DNA of 63,298 nt, the filler included, from Octopus bimaculoides (lineage: Eukaryota), in the NCBI RefSeq assembly GCF_001194135.2. It is 4 parts of 4 records of this genome, joined end to end, with 100 filler letters (N's around TTAATTAATTAA, not from the genome) between each part and the next. Parts side by side here need not be neighbours in the genome. Positions count along the whole stretch, not along the records: positions 1 to 28,833 come from NC_069000.1; 3 more parts are not named here. One strand, 5' to 3'. Shown here in pieces: positions 13,313-25,387 of this stretch. Each line of letters opens with the position of its first letter. Positions within the stretch are counted from its first letter, which is position 1. The position numbers were made by a program, and so were the translations under genes. Under the pieces are notes generated by a model. That model was given only the letters and a program-made list of their open reading frames with translations, did no database searches and was not told the origin of the DNA.

Positions 13313-14732
13313 GTAAATAACTTTACTTGTTCATTCACAATTGTTCTCTTTTTTTTTTTTTGTTTTGAAATATACTTTTTTGTTGTTGATGTTGTTTTCA
13401 TTGCTTTTGTTGCTTAACCCAAGTTAGCTCTGGTCTGGCAGATCTATCGATACTTAAAGGTGTGCTGACCATCCTGTACCTTTGCCTCTCACTCTCTCTC
13501 ACTCTTTTTTTTTTTTTTTTTTTTTGAGACATGGCTATGTGGTGAGATTGAACCTGGGAGACATGTGGTTGCAAAATGAACTACTTAACCCCTGTTACCT
13601 TACTTGCACTGGTTTTGCGGTTTGCAGATGATGAACACGGAATTATCAAAAATAGACAAGAGCCAGTGCTTATAAATTCTAATAATAATGCTGTTAGTTG
13701 TAGAGCTTCAGTGTGGGTAGCAGTCACAGGAGATAAAACAGTTGGTGGTAGAAGTAAAGAGAGAGAGGATGCAACTAGTATCAAGACATGTAGAGAAGAT
13801 GCTACAGCCTGTTGTAGTAAAAAATGTGTTTTATATGTTAGTACATGTGTTTGTGTATGTGTGTTCTTTTGTTTGTTTCTTATATAAGAATGGAGAAGGG
13901 GGGGGGACGAAAATCCCATAGCTGAATCTTGCTTTTTTTTTTTCTTTCTCAGATATTGAGATGGCTTTTTTATCTTTGGAACATATTTTTGTAAATTCAA
14001 AAACGCACACTGAGTCTTTCAATCTTTCGCCAAAACAGGATTTCAACTGCCGCTTCCTCCTCTTCCTCTCCTCCTCCTCCTCCTCCACTCCCTGGCTTTT
14101 AATGGGAATGGTAAATGTGGATGAGCATTAAACAGATTCATTCCAGTGTGTTGAACATGGTTAAATGAAGAGAATATTTTAGAAAGAGCTTTNNNNNNNN
14201 NNNNNNNNNNNNNNNNNNNNNNNNNNNNNNNNNNNNNNNNNNNNNNNNNNNNNNNNNNNNNNNNNNNNNNNNNNNNNNNNNNNNNNNNNNNNNNNNNNNN
14301 NNNNNNNNNNNNNNNNNNNNNNNNNNNNNNNNNNNNNNNNNNNNNNNNNNNNNNNNNNNNNNNNNNNNNNNNNNNNNNNNNNNNNNNNNNNNNNNNNNNN
14401 NNNNNNNNNNNNNNNNNNNNNNNNNNNNNNNNNNNNNNNNNNNNNNNNNNNNNNNNNNNNNNNNNNNNNNNNNNNNNNNNNNNNNNNNNNNNNNNNNNNN
14501 NNNNNNNNNNNNNNNNNNNNNNNNNNNNNNNNNNNNNNNNNNNNNNNNNNNNNNNNNNNNNNNNNNNNNNNNNNNNNNNNNNNNNNNNNNNNNNNNNNNN
14601 NNNNNNNNNNNNNNNNNNNNNNNNNNNNNNNNNNNNNNNNNNNNNNNNNNNNNNNNNNNNNNNNNNNNNNNNNNNNNNNNNNNNNNNNNNNNNNNNNNNN
14701 NNTATATATATATATATATATATGTATATATG

Positions 14733-14945
14733 TTTGTGTGTCTGTGCTTGTTTCCCACACCATCACTTGACAACCGATGCTGGTGTGTTTACGTCCCTGT
14801 AACTTAGCGGTTTGGCAAAAAGAGACCGATAGAATAAGTACTAGGCTTACAAAGAATAAGTCCTGGGGTCGATTTGCTCGACTAAAGGCGGTGCCACACC
14901 ATGGCCACAGTCAAATGACTGAAACAAGTAAAAGAGTAAAAGAGA
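14733..14945 (+). mobile_element. SINE family B, 3' half (young copy)
   Basis: High similarity to the copies at 27724 and 40695; CpGs largely intact. Confidence 0.8.
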
Positions 14946-15466
14946 CATTTAGTGCAGAAAATATTAAAAAATTGATTAGGAATAATTTATAGTGAGGAAT
15001 TATTAATCAGTGACTCATAATATTTTCATTTCTTTTTTTAGTAAGGGAGGCAATTCTGAAAATGTTTTGATTTTATTCTAACCTCATCAGTGAAACATGG
15101 CATTCACCATACTTGCTGAAGCCATGATAGGAGAATTAGAAAGTAAATGTATAATAGATTGATTGGCATAGAAAAATAAACTTATTTAAAGAAAAATAGC
15201 ACAGAAATGCCATCTACATGAAGAATAATAATCAAAGTGTGTGTGTTAACATATTTAGTATAGAACATATTTAATTTAGCATTAAAAACCTTACTTTGAG
15301 TAGTTATGTGGTGAAAAATATAAATAATGTTAGTCTTTGAGTAATATTTATGTATTTTTATATGTGGAGGTATGTATCTCAGTGTGTCTATCTATAAAAG
15401 CTAGTCTCGATGGTTTCTGAACCAGCCATAACATGTATAATGTTTCCTATTTTGAAAGCTTGTTTC

Positions 15467-15503
<37 letters not shown>

Positions 15504-16349
15504 TTCTTTCTCTCTCTCTCTCTTACACACATATACACACAGCAGGTGTTGTTGCTCTTTCTCTTGGATTTGCTGAGAAAATGAAAATCAATTCTTGCTA
15601 ATGTGCAATAAATCGCTTTATTGTCTGGCTGTTTTTTTTTTTCTAGTGAAATTTACGGCTGAGATTTGAGCTCTGGGTAAAGGTTAAAAGCTAGTTGAGA
15701 TCACACACTGCAAAATATATGCCATGCTTTTATTAGTTCATGCTTGGCTCAGAAGAAAATTTGCACGGTAAAAAAAAAAAAAAAAAAATCTATAGAAGCT
15801 ATTGCACTAGTAATTAAGGTCTTCTATGAATTGACTTGGTCGGATTCACATGCAAGTGGCTTTGACTACTGACATTATATCTTGTTTTGTGCATTATGTT
15901 TAAAATATTTGTTCAATGATAAGACATTACCTGGCTATATTGTTAACTATGAATAGAAGTCATTTTTCACTTGATCAACCATGTCATGCAGATAAATGTT
16001 AACTGGAAAATTCCAGTAGCAGCATACGTTATTTATTGATTCATTCATGAGAATCAAACCCTCTTTTGTGGGCAACACATATATGAGGAACAGGATTATT
16101 ACATGAATCTATACTAGCTGACAAATGTCCAGTTTCTAATGCAGGAGCTCATACTCTGATAGAATTTTTTGCAGTCACAAATTGCCATTATTCTCTTGTA
16201 CTCTTCATTCACTTATCCTGATTCTTCTTCTGTCATCATTTTCTCTTCTATCTACCCTCTTGGTCATGTTGCTGTGAATGAAAAGCAAAAAACATATTGT
16301 AAAGTAGTGAGGACTTTCTTTTTGGTCTTATGAAGTACAAAGCAACTCC

Positions 16350-16703
16350 ACTAGTGCTGGTGCCATGATAAAAAGGACCCAATACATTTTGTAAAGGGGT
16401 TGCTGAATGAGCAGGGTCAGTGTAGGGTGAAGAAGGTATTTTAGTCAGGTTGAGAACTTGACAAATTATCTCGTGCTGGTGTCAATAAAATGCACCCAGT
16501 TCACTCTGTAAACTGATAGGTGTTAGGGGAGACTTCTGGTTATAGAAATCAAATCAAAAATAGAACACATAGATAAGACATGATCTTCCAACTCATCCAG
16601 GAGGGTAATAGCTTCAAAATAGGACTTGGACTGTAACATTCTGTCTAACTTGTGTCAGCATGGAAGGTGGATGTGAAATGGTGATGATGATGATGATGAT
16701 GAT
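16350..16703 (+). mobile_element. Diverged RTE LINE 3' UTR with (GAT)n tail
   Basis: Similar to the reverse complement of 3706-3960 (AATGCACCCAG..CAGCATGGAAG..GATGATGAT). Confidence 0.5.
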
Positions 16704-17816
16704 GAAAATGATGGTGGAAGTGATTTGTTGTTTCTGTCTCCTTTTCCCTCACTAGTGTTTGGAGCCCTACAAAACCTCATCAGTATTGATTGCCAGCATT
16801 TCTTTCTTTCATTAAAAACAAATAAAGGAGTTTGATCTCATCCTAAAAAATGGAATTTTGTTAAGCTTTAGTTGTTGTGAGATAGTAAAACATACTATTA
16901 TAAATGGTAGCAATAAATGTAAGACTCCTTAAAACCAGACAACTACTGGTAGGCCAAAAACTATATGGAATAAAGTTGGTCAAGTATATTCTGTCAAATC
17001 TCTTTTCAGTAGGCTTTAGTATAGGCATAATCAAAGAGACGTATTGCAATGACCTTAAGAACTAAAGGCTGAATATTTTAGAAGAAAAGAAAAAGACATC
17101 AAAGAAATCAGCTGCAATGCCAGAGGAGACAATGCTGATAATAGTATGAAGGATTGAAGTTGGGTGAAATACTGCTAGTTAGATGAAAACTGTGTTTTTA
17201 TGTGTATGTGTGAGGCAGATACTGGAACCTGATGCAGTCTTTGCATACATTGATATCTGTCAAACCATCCAGCTTGTGTCAGCATGGAACACTGACATTA
17301 AATGATGGTGGTGATGATGATGATATATATGCAAGTGTGTGTTTGTCCCCCACTACCATTTGACATTTAGTGTTGGTTTGTTTACATCCATGTGACTTAG
17401 TGGTTTGGAAAAAGAGTCTGATGGAATAAGTACCAGATTGTTAAAAAAAAAAAAAAGAAAATGTACTGAGGGTTGGATTTGTTCAACTAAACACTTCAAG
17501 GTGGTACCCCAGCATGGCCACAATTGAATGACTGAAACAAATGAAAAATAAAAGATTAAAAAAAAAATCTAGAATACGGAAGTGGATTTTAAAAAGTAAT
17601 GTTAACTTTAACGACATTTTAGTTGGTCAAAGTTCAAGGTGGTTCCTTTATGGGAGGGTTGTAACATGTCATAATGCTTGGCAGCAGCATTCAAGTCGTT
17701 ATTCATTTTGTTTCTCTTGTTTGTCTTTTATATTACTTAGTGGTGCTGTGAACAATGCTTCTTATGATAAAAATGGTAATGAGACAATTATTAGGATTAC
17801 TTTTGCAAGAATTTAA

Positions 17817-18020
17817 CCCTTTAGCATTCAGATTACGTTGTCAAATGTAATGCTTATTTTATTCACATTGTTTTGAATTACAATTAGGGTTAGGTTTTGA
17901 ATTAATCATGCTTTATCTTGTAGCTTTGAAATTTTGATGGTGTGATTGTTTATTTTTAGAATGACATTGTAGGGTGGGTGTGAGAGGCCAGATCTGATTG
18001 GTTTGAACATAAAGCAGGTA
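17817..18020. mobile_element. piggyBac-type MITE, truncated relative of 6096-6315
   Basis: TTAA + CCCTTTAGCATTCAGATT start and shared internal TTTTTAGAATGACATTG..GGTGTGAGAGG; right TIR missing. Confidence 0.7.
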
Positions 18021-18519
18021 CAATTATCTTTAACTTGTTTTAGTCATGTGTTTGTGACCATACTGGGACACCATCTTGAACGGTTTTAGTCGAACAAATT
18101 GACCCCAGGACTTTTTGTAACCTCTTCATCGACCCTTTCCATCCGCATGTATCCTCCTGTAGTAGCAGTAATAAATGAGTGAAGAACAAATATATAATGC
18201 ATGTCTATTTGGCAAAAAAAAAAAAAAATGACCATCCCAAAATATAACAATAAATTTTATTGTTTCCTCTAACCTTTTAAATTGTTTCAAATCTAAAAGA
18301 AAGCTGATTGGTTACATCAACTAAGAACTTCTATAAACTGTTTTAGCATGTTGCTTAAGGTTTTTATATTTATTTATTTTTTCAAAAATATTTCTTCACT
18401 TTTGGGAAGTATTTGGAAATGTTATTATCTAAATTTTATTGAAATATGTTGAGTTTACTCTTCAAATCTTGACCAAAACAAAATCAATGTCAGTTTAATA
18501 ATGAACAAATCAAAGAGTG

Positions 18520-19370
18520 GATTCTTCCCCATGGCTGAGGGTTAGGAGGCCTCAGACACAACCACCACACCTCATTATCTACTGTAACCTTGTGCTGTTG
18601 CTATACATTCTGCTAGGATTCTCTCTATCCAATTCCTTAATGTTATTGTCACAAATGTCTTTGAGAAGTTCAATATCGATTTCATTCAGACATTCAAATG
18701 CAATTAAAAATCCACGAGAAACATAAGCTCACAGACTCAAGCCAAATTATTTAACTGAAGGAAATCATGCCCCAAGCTTTAACATGAGTAAAAATAGTTT
18801 GATCTGACTTAAAACTCATTCAAGTACTTGGCCAGGATGTGACTCATCCATCATATATTATTATACTTCAGTGAACCATTGTAAACTGATTTAGCTTCAT
18901 TTAGAAGTAAATAAAATTCTCTTTTATTCGAAAGTGTTGGTGACAGTCATCAAATTGACTATTTTTATCACAGCTCTCATCACATCATTCTTGTATTCAA
19001 AGCCTACATTTGTGCAGTCTTTCCTGATGTATAATATCAGTAAAAGATAACGAAGGGATGATCACCAGCTGTAAATTGCTTTACAATTCCAACATTCCTC
19101 TTTACAATATTAAGGAAGCGGTTGTAACTGAATGTATCTTTGATAAATCTGTTTGTCTTTCACAAAACATTTTAAAGAGATAGTCATGTTTGTTGTGATA
19201 TGTTTTGATGCAAATTCTCTCACTTAACTCCACATGAATCGAATCTTTATGAAAATATTGTGCAATGATAACTACTTGAACTGATGGTATAATATCATTG
19301 ATTTCATCAAGACAAATAGAAAGAAACCACAGATATTTAAGATCCTTTAAATCTAATTCTGTTAGCATTC
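18520..19370 (-). pseudogene. Fossil hAT transposase (Charlie/SPIN/Buster, GTF2IRD2-like)
   Basis: Minus-strand translation through stops/frameshifts: SICLDEINDI (cf. SLALDESTDI), LSKI.SVTT (cf. WSKLVSVTTDG), SFTDIIHQE (cf. SFHCIIHQE), DVMRAVIKIVN (cf. HVMSVVVKTVN), FLVDF*LHLN (cf. FLVDITSHLN), in the correct order. Confidence 0.75.
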
Positions 19371-19701
19371 ATTTCCATATCTTTGTCTAGTAATATAGCT
19401 AACTCATATCCTTTATAACAGTGTCCTTATCAAAGTACATGATGTCTTGCAAACAACTCGCACATGCAGGTGCTACCAGTTGAGAACTCTGCATACCGGA
19501 AGCCAGCAAGTGTATGGGGTCATCAGGAGAGAATGCGCGCCGTTTTGGGGCCTACCTCTCGACGGCATCAATGCGCACCGGCCCCCCTCACTGATATGAG
19601 GCCCTGCTTGCTAGATCAACTGGTTATTAAATAAAGCTTAATATTGCTCTAGCTATCGCTCATCATCTCTTTTTAACCAAATCCAGTGGCTAGCCTTCTC
19701 C

Positions 19702-19761
19702 ACTGTAGTTTGGATATCACTCATGGGGGTATTTACCTTACGATGATATCCAAACTACAGT
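19702..19761. other. 60-nt hairpin with perfect 18-bp stem
   Basis: ACTGTAGTTTGGATATCA (19702-19719) / TGATATCCAAACTACAGT (19744-19761), 24-nt loop. Confidence 0.85.
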
Positions 19762-19918
19762 TTAATAAACTCATCATCACTTAGTTATTTTCCATGATAA
19801 ACAATAGTATGTGAAATACTAAAACTTGCAGCTACTATTTTGTTGTGTCTAGGGAGAGTCATTATGCCAATATTGTTAACACACACACTGGTCCAATTCT
19901 ACTCCATTAATATTGGAG

Positions 19919-20150
19919 GGCGGCGAGCTGGCAGAATCATTAGCATGTCTGATAAAATGCTTAGCGGTCTTTCATCTGCCTTTAGGTTCTGAGTTCAAAT
20001 TCCGCTGAGGTCGACTTTGCCTTTCATCATTTCGGGGTCGGTTAAATAAGTACCAGTTACGTACTGGGGTCGATGTAATCGACTTAATCCCTTTGTCTGT
20101 CCTTGTTTGCTCTCTCTATGTTTAGCCTCCCTGTGGGCAATAATAAAAAA
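19919..20150 (+). mobile_element. tRNA-derived SINE family A
   Basis: Head GGCGGCGAGCTGGCAGAATC..GTTCTGAGTTCAAATTCC (B box GTTCAAATTCC), body GTACCAGTTACGTACTGGGGTCGATGTAATCGAC, tail GTGGGCAATAA. Confidence 0.85.
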
Positions 20151-21051
20151 AAAATATATATATCAATTGGTTAAATAACTTCAGCAAACATTTGATTAAT
20201 TAGATGGATATTTAACCAAATGACTAATAATAAATGAGTAGAATTGAACCAGCGTGTGTGTTAATTATATTGGCATAATGACTCTCACTAGACACAACAA
20301 AATTTGTTTCAACACACAAATTCACATCAAGAATCTTGTAAACAGATACAAAAGCATTGCAGCTACTAGATCTATCAAAAATTTAAATTAAATTTTTTGA
20401 TTGGAAATGTTTCTACTTTAGATGCTTAGATAGATATTCTTTGCAGTCTTCAGCATTTCTTTTTNNNNNNNNNNTTTTTTTTTTTTTTTTTTTTTTTTTA
20501 AGGGACCGAGATTGGTATTTAATATCAAAATGCTTTCTAGCATTCACAAGTAGCTCCTTTCAATGTGCATACATCTTTATCATTCTTATCAGTAACACCA
20601 TATTGTTGAATCAATCAATCTTGAAAATTCCTTTCTGTGATAATTCATTATCTTTACACTAGCAGTTGATGCCATTACGATGGGATTTAGAAAACAAGAA
20701 TGGAAGAATTTAAAAAAAAAAACCCACCCCCACCACCACCTCCAAACCATGCATATATCATAAGAGTCAGTGTGAGTGACCAATAATGAGTTGCTAATTC
20801 ATTAATTTTTAATGAACTTTTAATTTATGGATTGTAACATAGAGTACTATAGCATTTGATATTACTGAAAAATACAATTTGTTTTTCAGGTTAATACGTT
20901 AAATTTTTAAGATTCTTTATCAAATTTAGCTAGCATTTTATAACATGATACTGCAGTGAGATCTTTTTTTCCCCTTCATAGTCCATTGCATGTCACCTAA
21001 AACATCCTTAACATGTTACCACTAACACATGTGTCATCGGCACCTCATTAT

Positions 21052-21283
21052 TTCACCTTTTTGTAACCGTATTTCTGTTGTAATACACTGCTTTGGTTTT
21101 AATTAATTTTGAAAGTTATGGACCATTTAGTGAAAGAATTTTGTCATTAGTAAACTGATGTTTGGAACATAAATTAACAAATGTTTTATGGAAGATTGTA
21201 ATTTAGATCACTTTAAAGCAAGAAGCTTCTTCCTTAGAATCAGAAGTGGTCTCAGGTTGGCTGGTATCATAAAAGGGGTTTAA
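21052..21283. mobile_element. Probable degenerate piggyBac-like MITE (second family)
   Basis: Eroded ends CACCTTTTTGTAACC... / ...GGTATCATAAAAGGGGTTTAA and an AT-rich interior; TIRs imperfect. Confidence 0.4.
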
Positions 21284-21453
21284 AAAAAAAGAAAAGAAAG
21301 GTACATGTCAAAATTAGATTGTAGCAGAAAATACCAAAAGTTTGCAACTACTTGTAGTTTCAAGTGTCTCCTATATCCCCAGATTGTTTAATGCCTTTTG
21401 AATTTGGTAGATGGAAACTGTGTGGAAGTCCTGTGTGCGTGTACATATTATAC

Positions 21454-21499
<46 letters not shown>

Positions 21500-21509
21500 N
21501 NNNNNNNNN

Positions 21510-21953
21510 AAAAATAAATATACCAATACATTATATTGTCTTTGAGCTTTAGAAGTTCAATGGTAGTTCATGTATATAATGGTTGGAGAAATAAGGATGC
21601 ATGAGAATTGAGAGTTGTGTTAGGTTTAAAAAAAGGGTTAAAAGTTTGTGTTAAGCAGGAAGTGTGGTGTCAAAACAGGAAGTGTGTGTAAGGGGAGACA
21701 AATGTTTTTAGTTGGAGCTATGAAAAAGAGTTCATAACTCTAACTAAAAACATTTGTCTCCCCTTACACACACTTCCTGTTTTGACACCACACTTCCTGC
21801 TTAATTCTCATGCATCCTTAGAATTAAGCAGGTGCTTAATTCTCATGCATCTCAATTCTCATGCACCCTTATTTTTCCAACCATTATATACATGAACTAC
21901 CATTGAACTTCAAAAGCTCAAAGACAATATAATGTATTGGTATGTTTATTTTT
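21510..21953. repeat. Nested fold-back (double inverted repeat)
   Basis: Outer arms 21510-21613 / 21850-21953 (104 bp, 4 mismatches); inner arms 21651-21724 / 21731-21804 (74 bp, 2 mismatches, 6-nt loop). Confidence 0.9.
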
Positions 21954-22400
21954 TTTTTATATATTATTTTATTTTATATATTATTTTCTTCATTTTGTAC
22001 TTCTTTGTAAAAAAACATTTTCATTCTCCTTCTTCTTGAAAATTTGCTTCGCAATGAAAGCCAGTTAGAAATCTTTATTAAAATATGCGTCCAGTTTAGC
22101 ATTCTGCCTTATTTTTCATTTTCCTATTATTTCTCCACGTGCGGTTAACACAACCCCACTATTTACTGACTTATATATATACACACACACACACACACAT
22201 GGTGTGATGGATAAACTGTTGCCATTTTATATTTTTAATTTTGCGCATATGCCTTGTTTGTTTTTGATTTTGTTGGCTATAAGAACTTCAGCTGCTCAAC
22301 ACTGTGGCTTCAAGACTCATTCATTAATTTACACAGTGCTCTACTTTTAACATTGAGCTGTTCCTAGTCCATGGCAGTTATATATAGTTTGTTGAACTGA

Positions 22401-22440
<40 letters not shown>

Positions 22441-22551
22441 GGTTAGGTGTAGTAGTCATTGACATAGTGCAGCATTGGTAAAGGTGAGAGTTATGAAGTA
22501 TCAGACTTTCTGTTGGTTGTCTGGCATCTTATTAACTCAATCATCTGTGAC

Positions 22552-22590
<39 letters not shown>

Positions 22591-22711
22591 GTATGCATGC
22601 ACGCACGCATGCNNNNNNNNNNNNNNNNNNNNNNNNNNNNNNNNNNNNNNNNNNNNNNNNNNNNNNNNNNNNNNNNNNNNNNNNNNNNNNNNNNNNNNNN
22701 NNNNNNNNNNN

Positions 22712-22765
<54 letters not shown>

Positions 22766-23269
22766 TCATGCCCATGCACTTCAACATAAGAAAACCTTCA
22801 GGGTAACTTTTGTTGAGTTAGTTTCTTACAGCAGTTAACATATTTCTTTTATAAAAAGTAGGTTGGATGGGTTTATAAATTCCAGAATTTATCTAAATTT
22901 TTGAAGTGTGCTTCCAATTTGTTTCTTTGTTTCTTTTGTTCTTTCTTATCTTAATGGGTCCTACTTAACACTATTGTGGCATTCTTTCTTGTTCCAGTTA
23001 CTTTGTACCAGCATCTAAGGCTAGATTTCAAGCATTTGGCACTTAGCCATGAAACCTTTTTCATAATTTCAATTAACTTTAAGAAAAACGACACTATAAA
23101 CTACTAACAAATATGAGACCCCCCCCCACTTCTTTCCCTCTTATAAATCCCCACTACCTAACCAAGCTTCAATGATTACAGCTGAACTTTAATGTCACTA
23201 AGCTCAACTATATTCTGACAGGAAGTAAAAATTATTAAAAAAAACCCCAAAAAACAAGCCTCCAGATTT

Positions 23270-23307
<38 letters not shown>

Positions 23308-23499
23308 CCTCCAAGTTTTTGAACTGATTAAAGGAATACAGGGAAAGGAATAATTTGACCTTACTGCATTGCTGGGCAATTTAAACACCCTATCGTTAGT
23401 GACATGATGATGGTGCTAATGAGAAGCCACCACTTCTGAAAGAATTGATGGCTTGTTATTTACAAATTCCATCCATCTATCCATTTTCTCTGCCCACAA

Positions 23500-23670
23500 T
23501 TCCAGGAAGTGAGGATTCATGGAGCTAGGGTCCTCAGGTCCCCCCTCAATGGGGTCCCATTAGAAGCCACTATCATTACACTTTCCAGCTGGATTCCCAA
23601 GCATGACCAACTGAGACTACAGATATTATCCAACCATTTTGTTCTTTCTCTATCCTTATGTCTTCTGCTT
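23500..23670 (-). pseudogene. RTE LINE ORF2 C-terminal remnant
   Basis: Translates RERTKWLDNICSLSWSCLGIQLESVMIVAS, resembling the RTE terminal GRPRTRWLD..LG..VA.DR motif. Confidence 0.55.
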
Positions 23671-24936
23671 ATTGGATCAGTTTGAAATTTACAAATTGAT
23701 TATAGAATTTGATCTGACTGAGATTTTAAGTTTTGTCTGCAATATCAAATCTGCAGCTGAATGATTCATTGAGTTGTTCTTTGTTTTTAAAACAACATAG
23801 TGTTAGGGTGAAGAATGTCTGAGATAAGTTGTTGTTGTCTGACCTCAGATCAACCCCGGTTGAGCAAACCTACGGTAAAAAGTATTGGAGTTTAGGCAGG
23901 GACTAGGATTGCATTATTTAATGTTTCTCTGCTCTTTTCTATCTAGCAAGTTACACTGCAACCTCATTTGTAGTGGTGTCACAAAAAAAAAAGCACCCAG
24001 CATATTCTGTAAAGGGGTTGGCATTAGAAAGGGCATCCAGCTGTAGAAACCACACACAAAGATGACATTGGTGCTTGGCTCAACCCTCTAGCTCACCAGT
24101 TCCCTGTCAAACAATCCTACTCAGCATAGAAAAGGCATTGAAATGCCAATATTAAAAGGACCTTAAAATACCAGCATGGAGAAAGCATTAAATGATGATG
24201 ATGATGATAACAGTAGGATGTGATGTGAAGAAGATTTGGTACTATTTCTAACAGATCGATTGGTCACATAAAGGCTTTCTCTCTGGTTTGTGTCTCTGAG
24301 ATTATTGATTTAATAAGAGGTTTGATCTAAACTATATTTGAGCAGAATTTTTTACCACAGACTTTTATGTTGTTTATGTTCAAGAAAGAGAATTCTTTGT
24401 ATTGAATGTGGTATCTTTTGAAACCTACCTCAACTTACATAATGTTCATTGAATTAGTAAGTGGTTTGGTAGACTTTCTAGGCTTAACAATAGACAGAAT
24501 TAGAGTGACCTATAATCTAAAGTATTATAACTCTGATTATCCATCCTAGTTTTTAAAAATATCATTTTTGACATAGCCTTCCTTGGACTGTGTATCCTTC
24601 TTTTTTAAAGATAATAAAGTATAATTTGAGACCTGGCTACCATTTTTGGCAAGTTGTCTGACTGTATAGAAATTCTACGTGTAGCGTTTTCTTCAACACA
24701 CAAGACTAATTATATGATGACTGATTTTGACTTAAACTCAGTGTCATACTCCTTACGTTGATCAAAACCAGTTGTAATGTGGAAGAAGTCAGGAATGAGT
24801 TTTAAGATGTGTCAAGTTTGGGATTCAAATATATAATTGGAGGTGTAATCAGTTCTGTATGAATTTTCTGAGTTTCTTTTTTTTAAGAAAACTTTATTAT
24901 TATTATTATTAATAATAATAATAATAATAATAATAA

Positions 24937-25387
24937 GGCAGCAAACTGGCAGAATCATTAGCATGCAGGGTGAAATGCTTAGCGGCATTTTGTCTGTCTT
25001 TATGTTCTGAGTTCAAATTCTGCTGAGGTTGGCTTTGCCTTACATTCTTTCAGGGTCAATAAATTAAGTACCAGTGAAACACTGGGGTCAATGTAATCGA
25101 CTAGTCCCCCTCCCCCCAAATTTCAGGCCTTGTGCCTTCAGTAGAAAGGATTATTATTATTGTTATTATTATTATTACTGTTATTACTAAGGTGATGATT
25201 TGGCAGAATCATTAGCACCCCAGACAAAATGCTTAGCTTCACATTCTGAGTTCAAATTCCACCAAGGTTGACTTTTCCTTTTATTCTTTTGAAGTGGATG
25301 AAATAAGTACCAGTTAAATACTGGGTTTGATATAATCAACTAGCCCTTCCCCCAAAAAATTTCAGGCCTTGTGCCTTTAGTAAAAAA
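24937..25387 (+). mobile_element. Two tandem CpG-decayed SINE family A copies in (ATT/AAT)n
   Basis: Copies at 24937-25150 and ~25190-25387, each ending GGCCTTGTGCCTT..GTA(G)AAA followed by (ATT)n. Confidence 0.8.

Noticed and set aside
16755-16790. Minus-strand CTGATGA..AAAC hammerhead-like motif
   Set aside because: Lacks the G of GAAA and convincing stems I and III.
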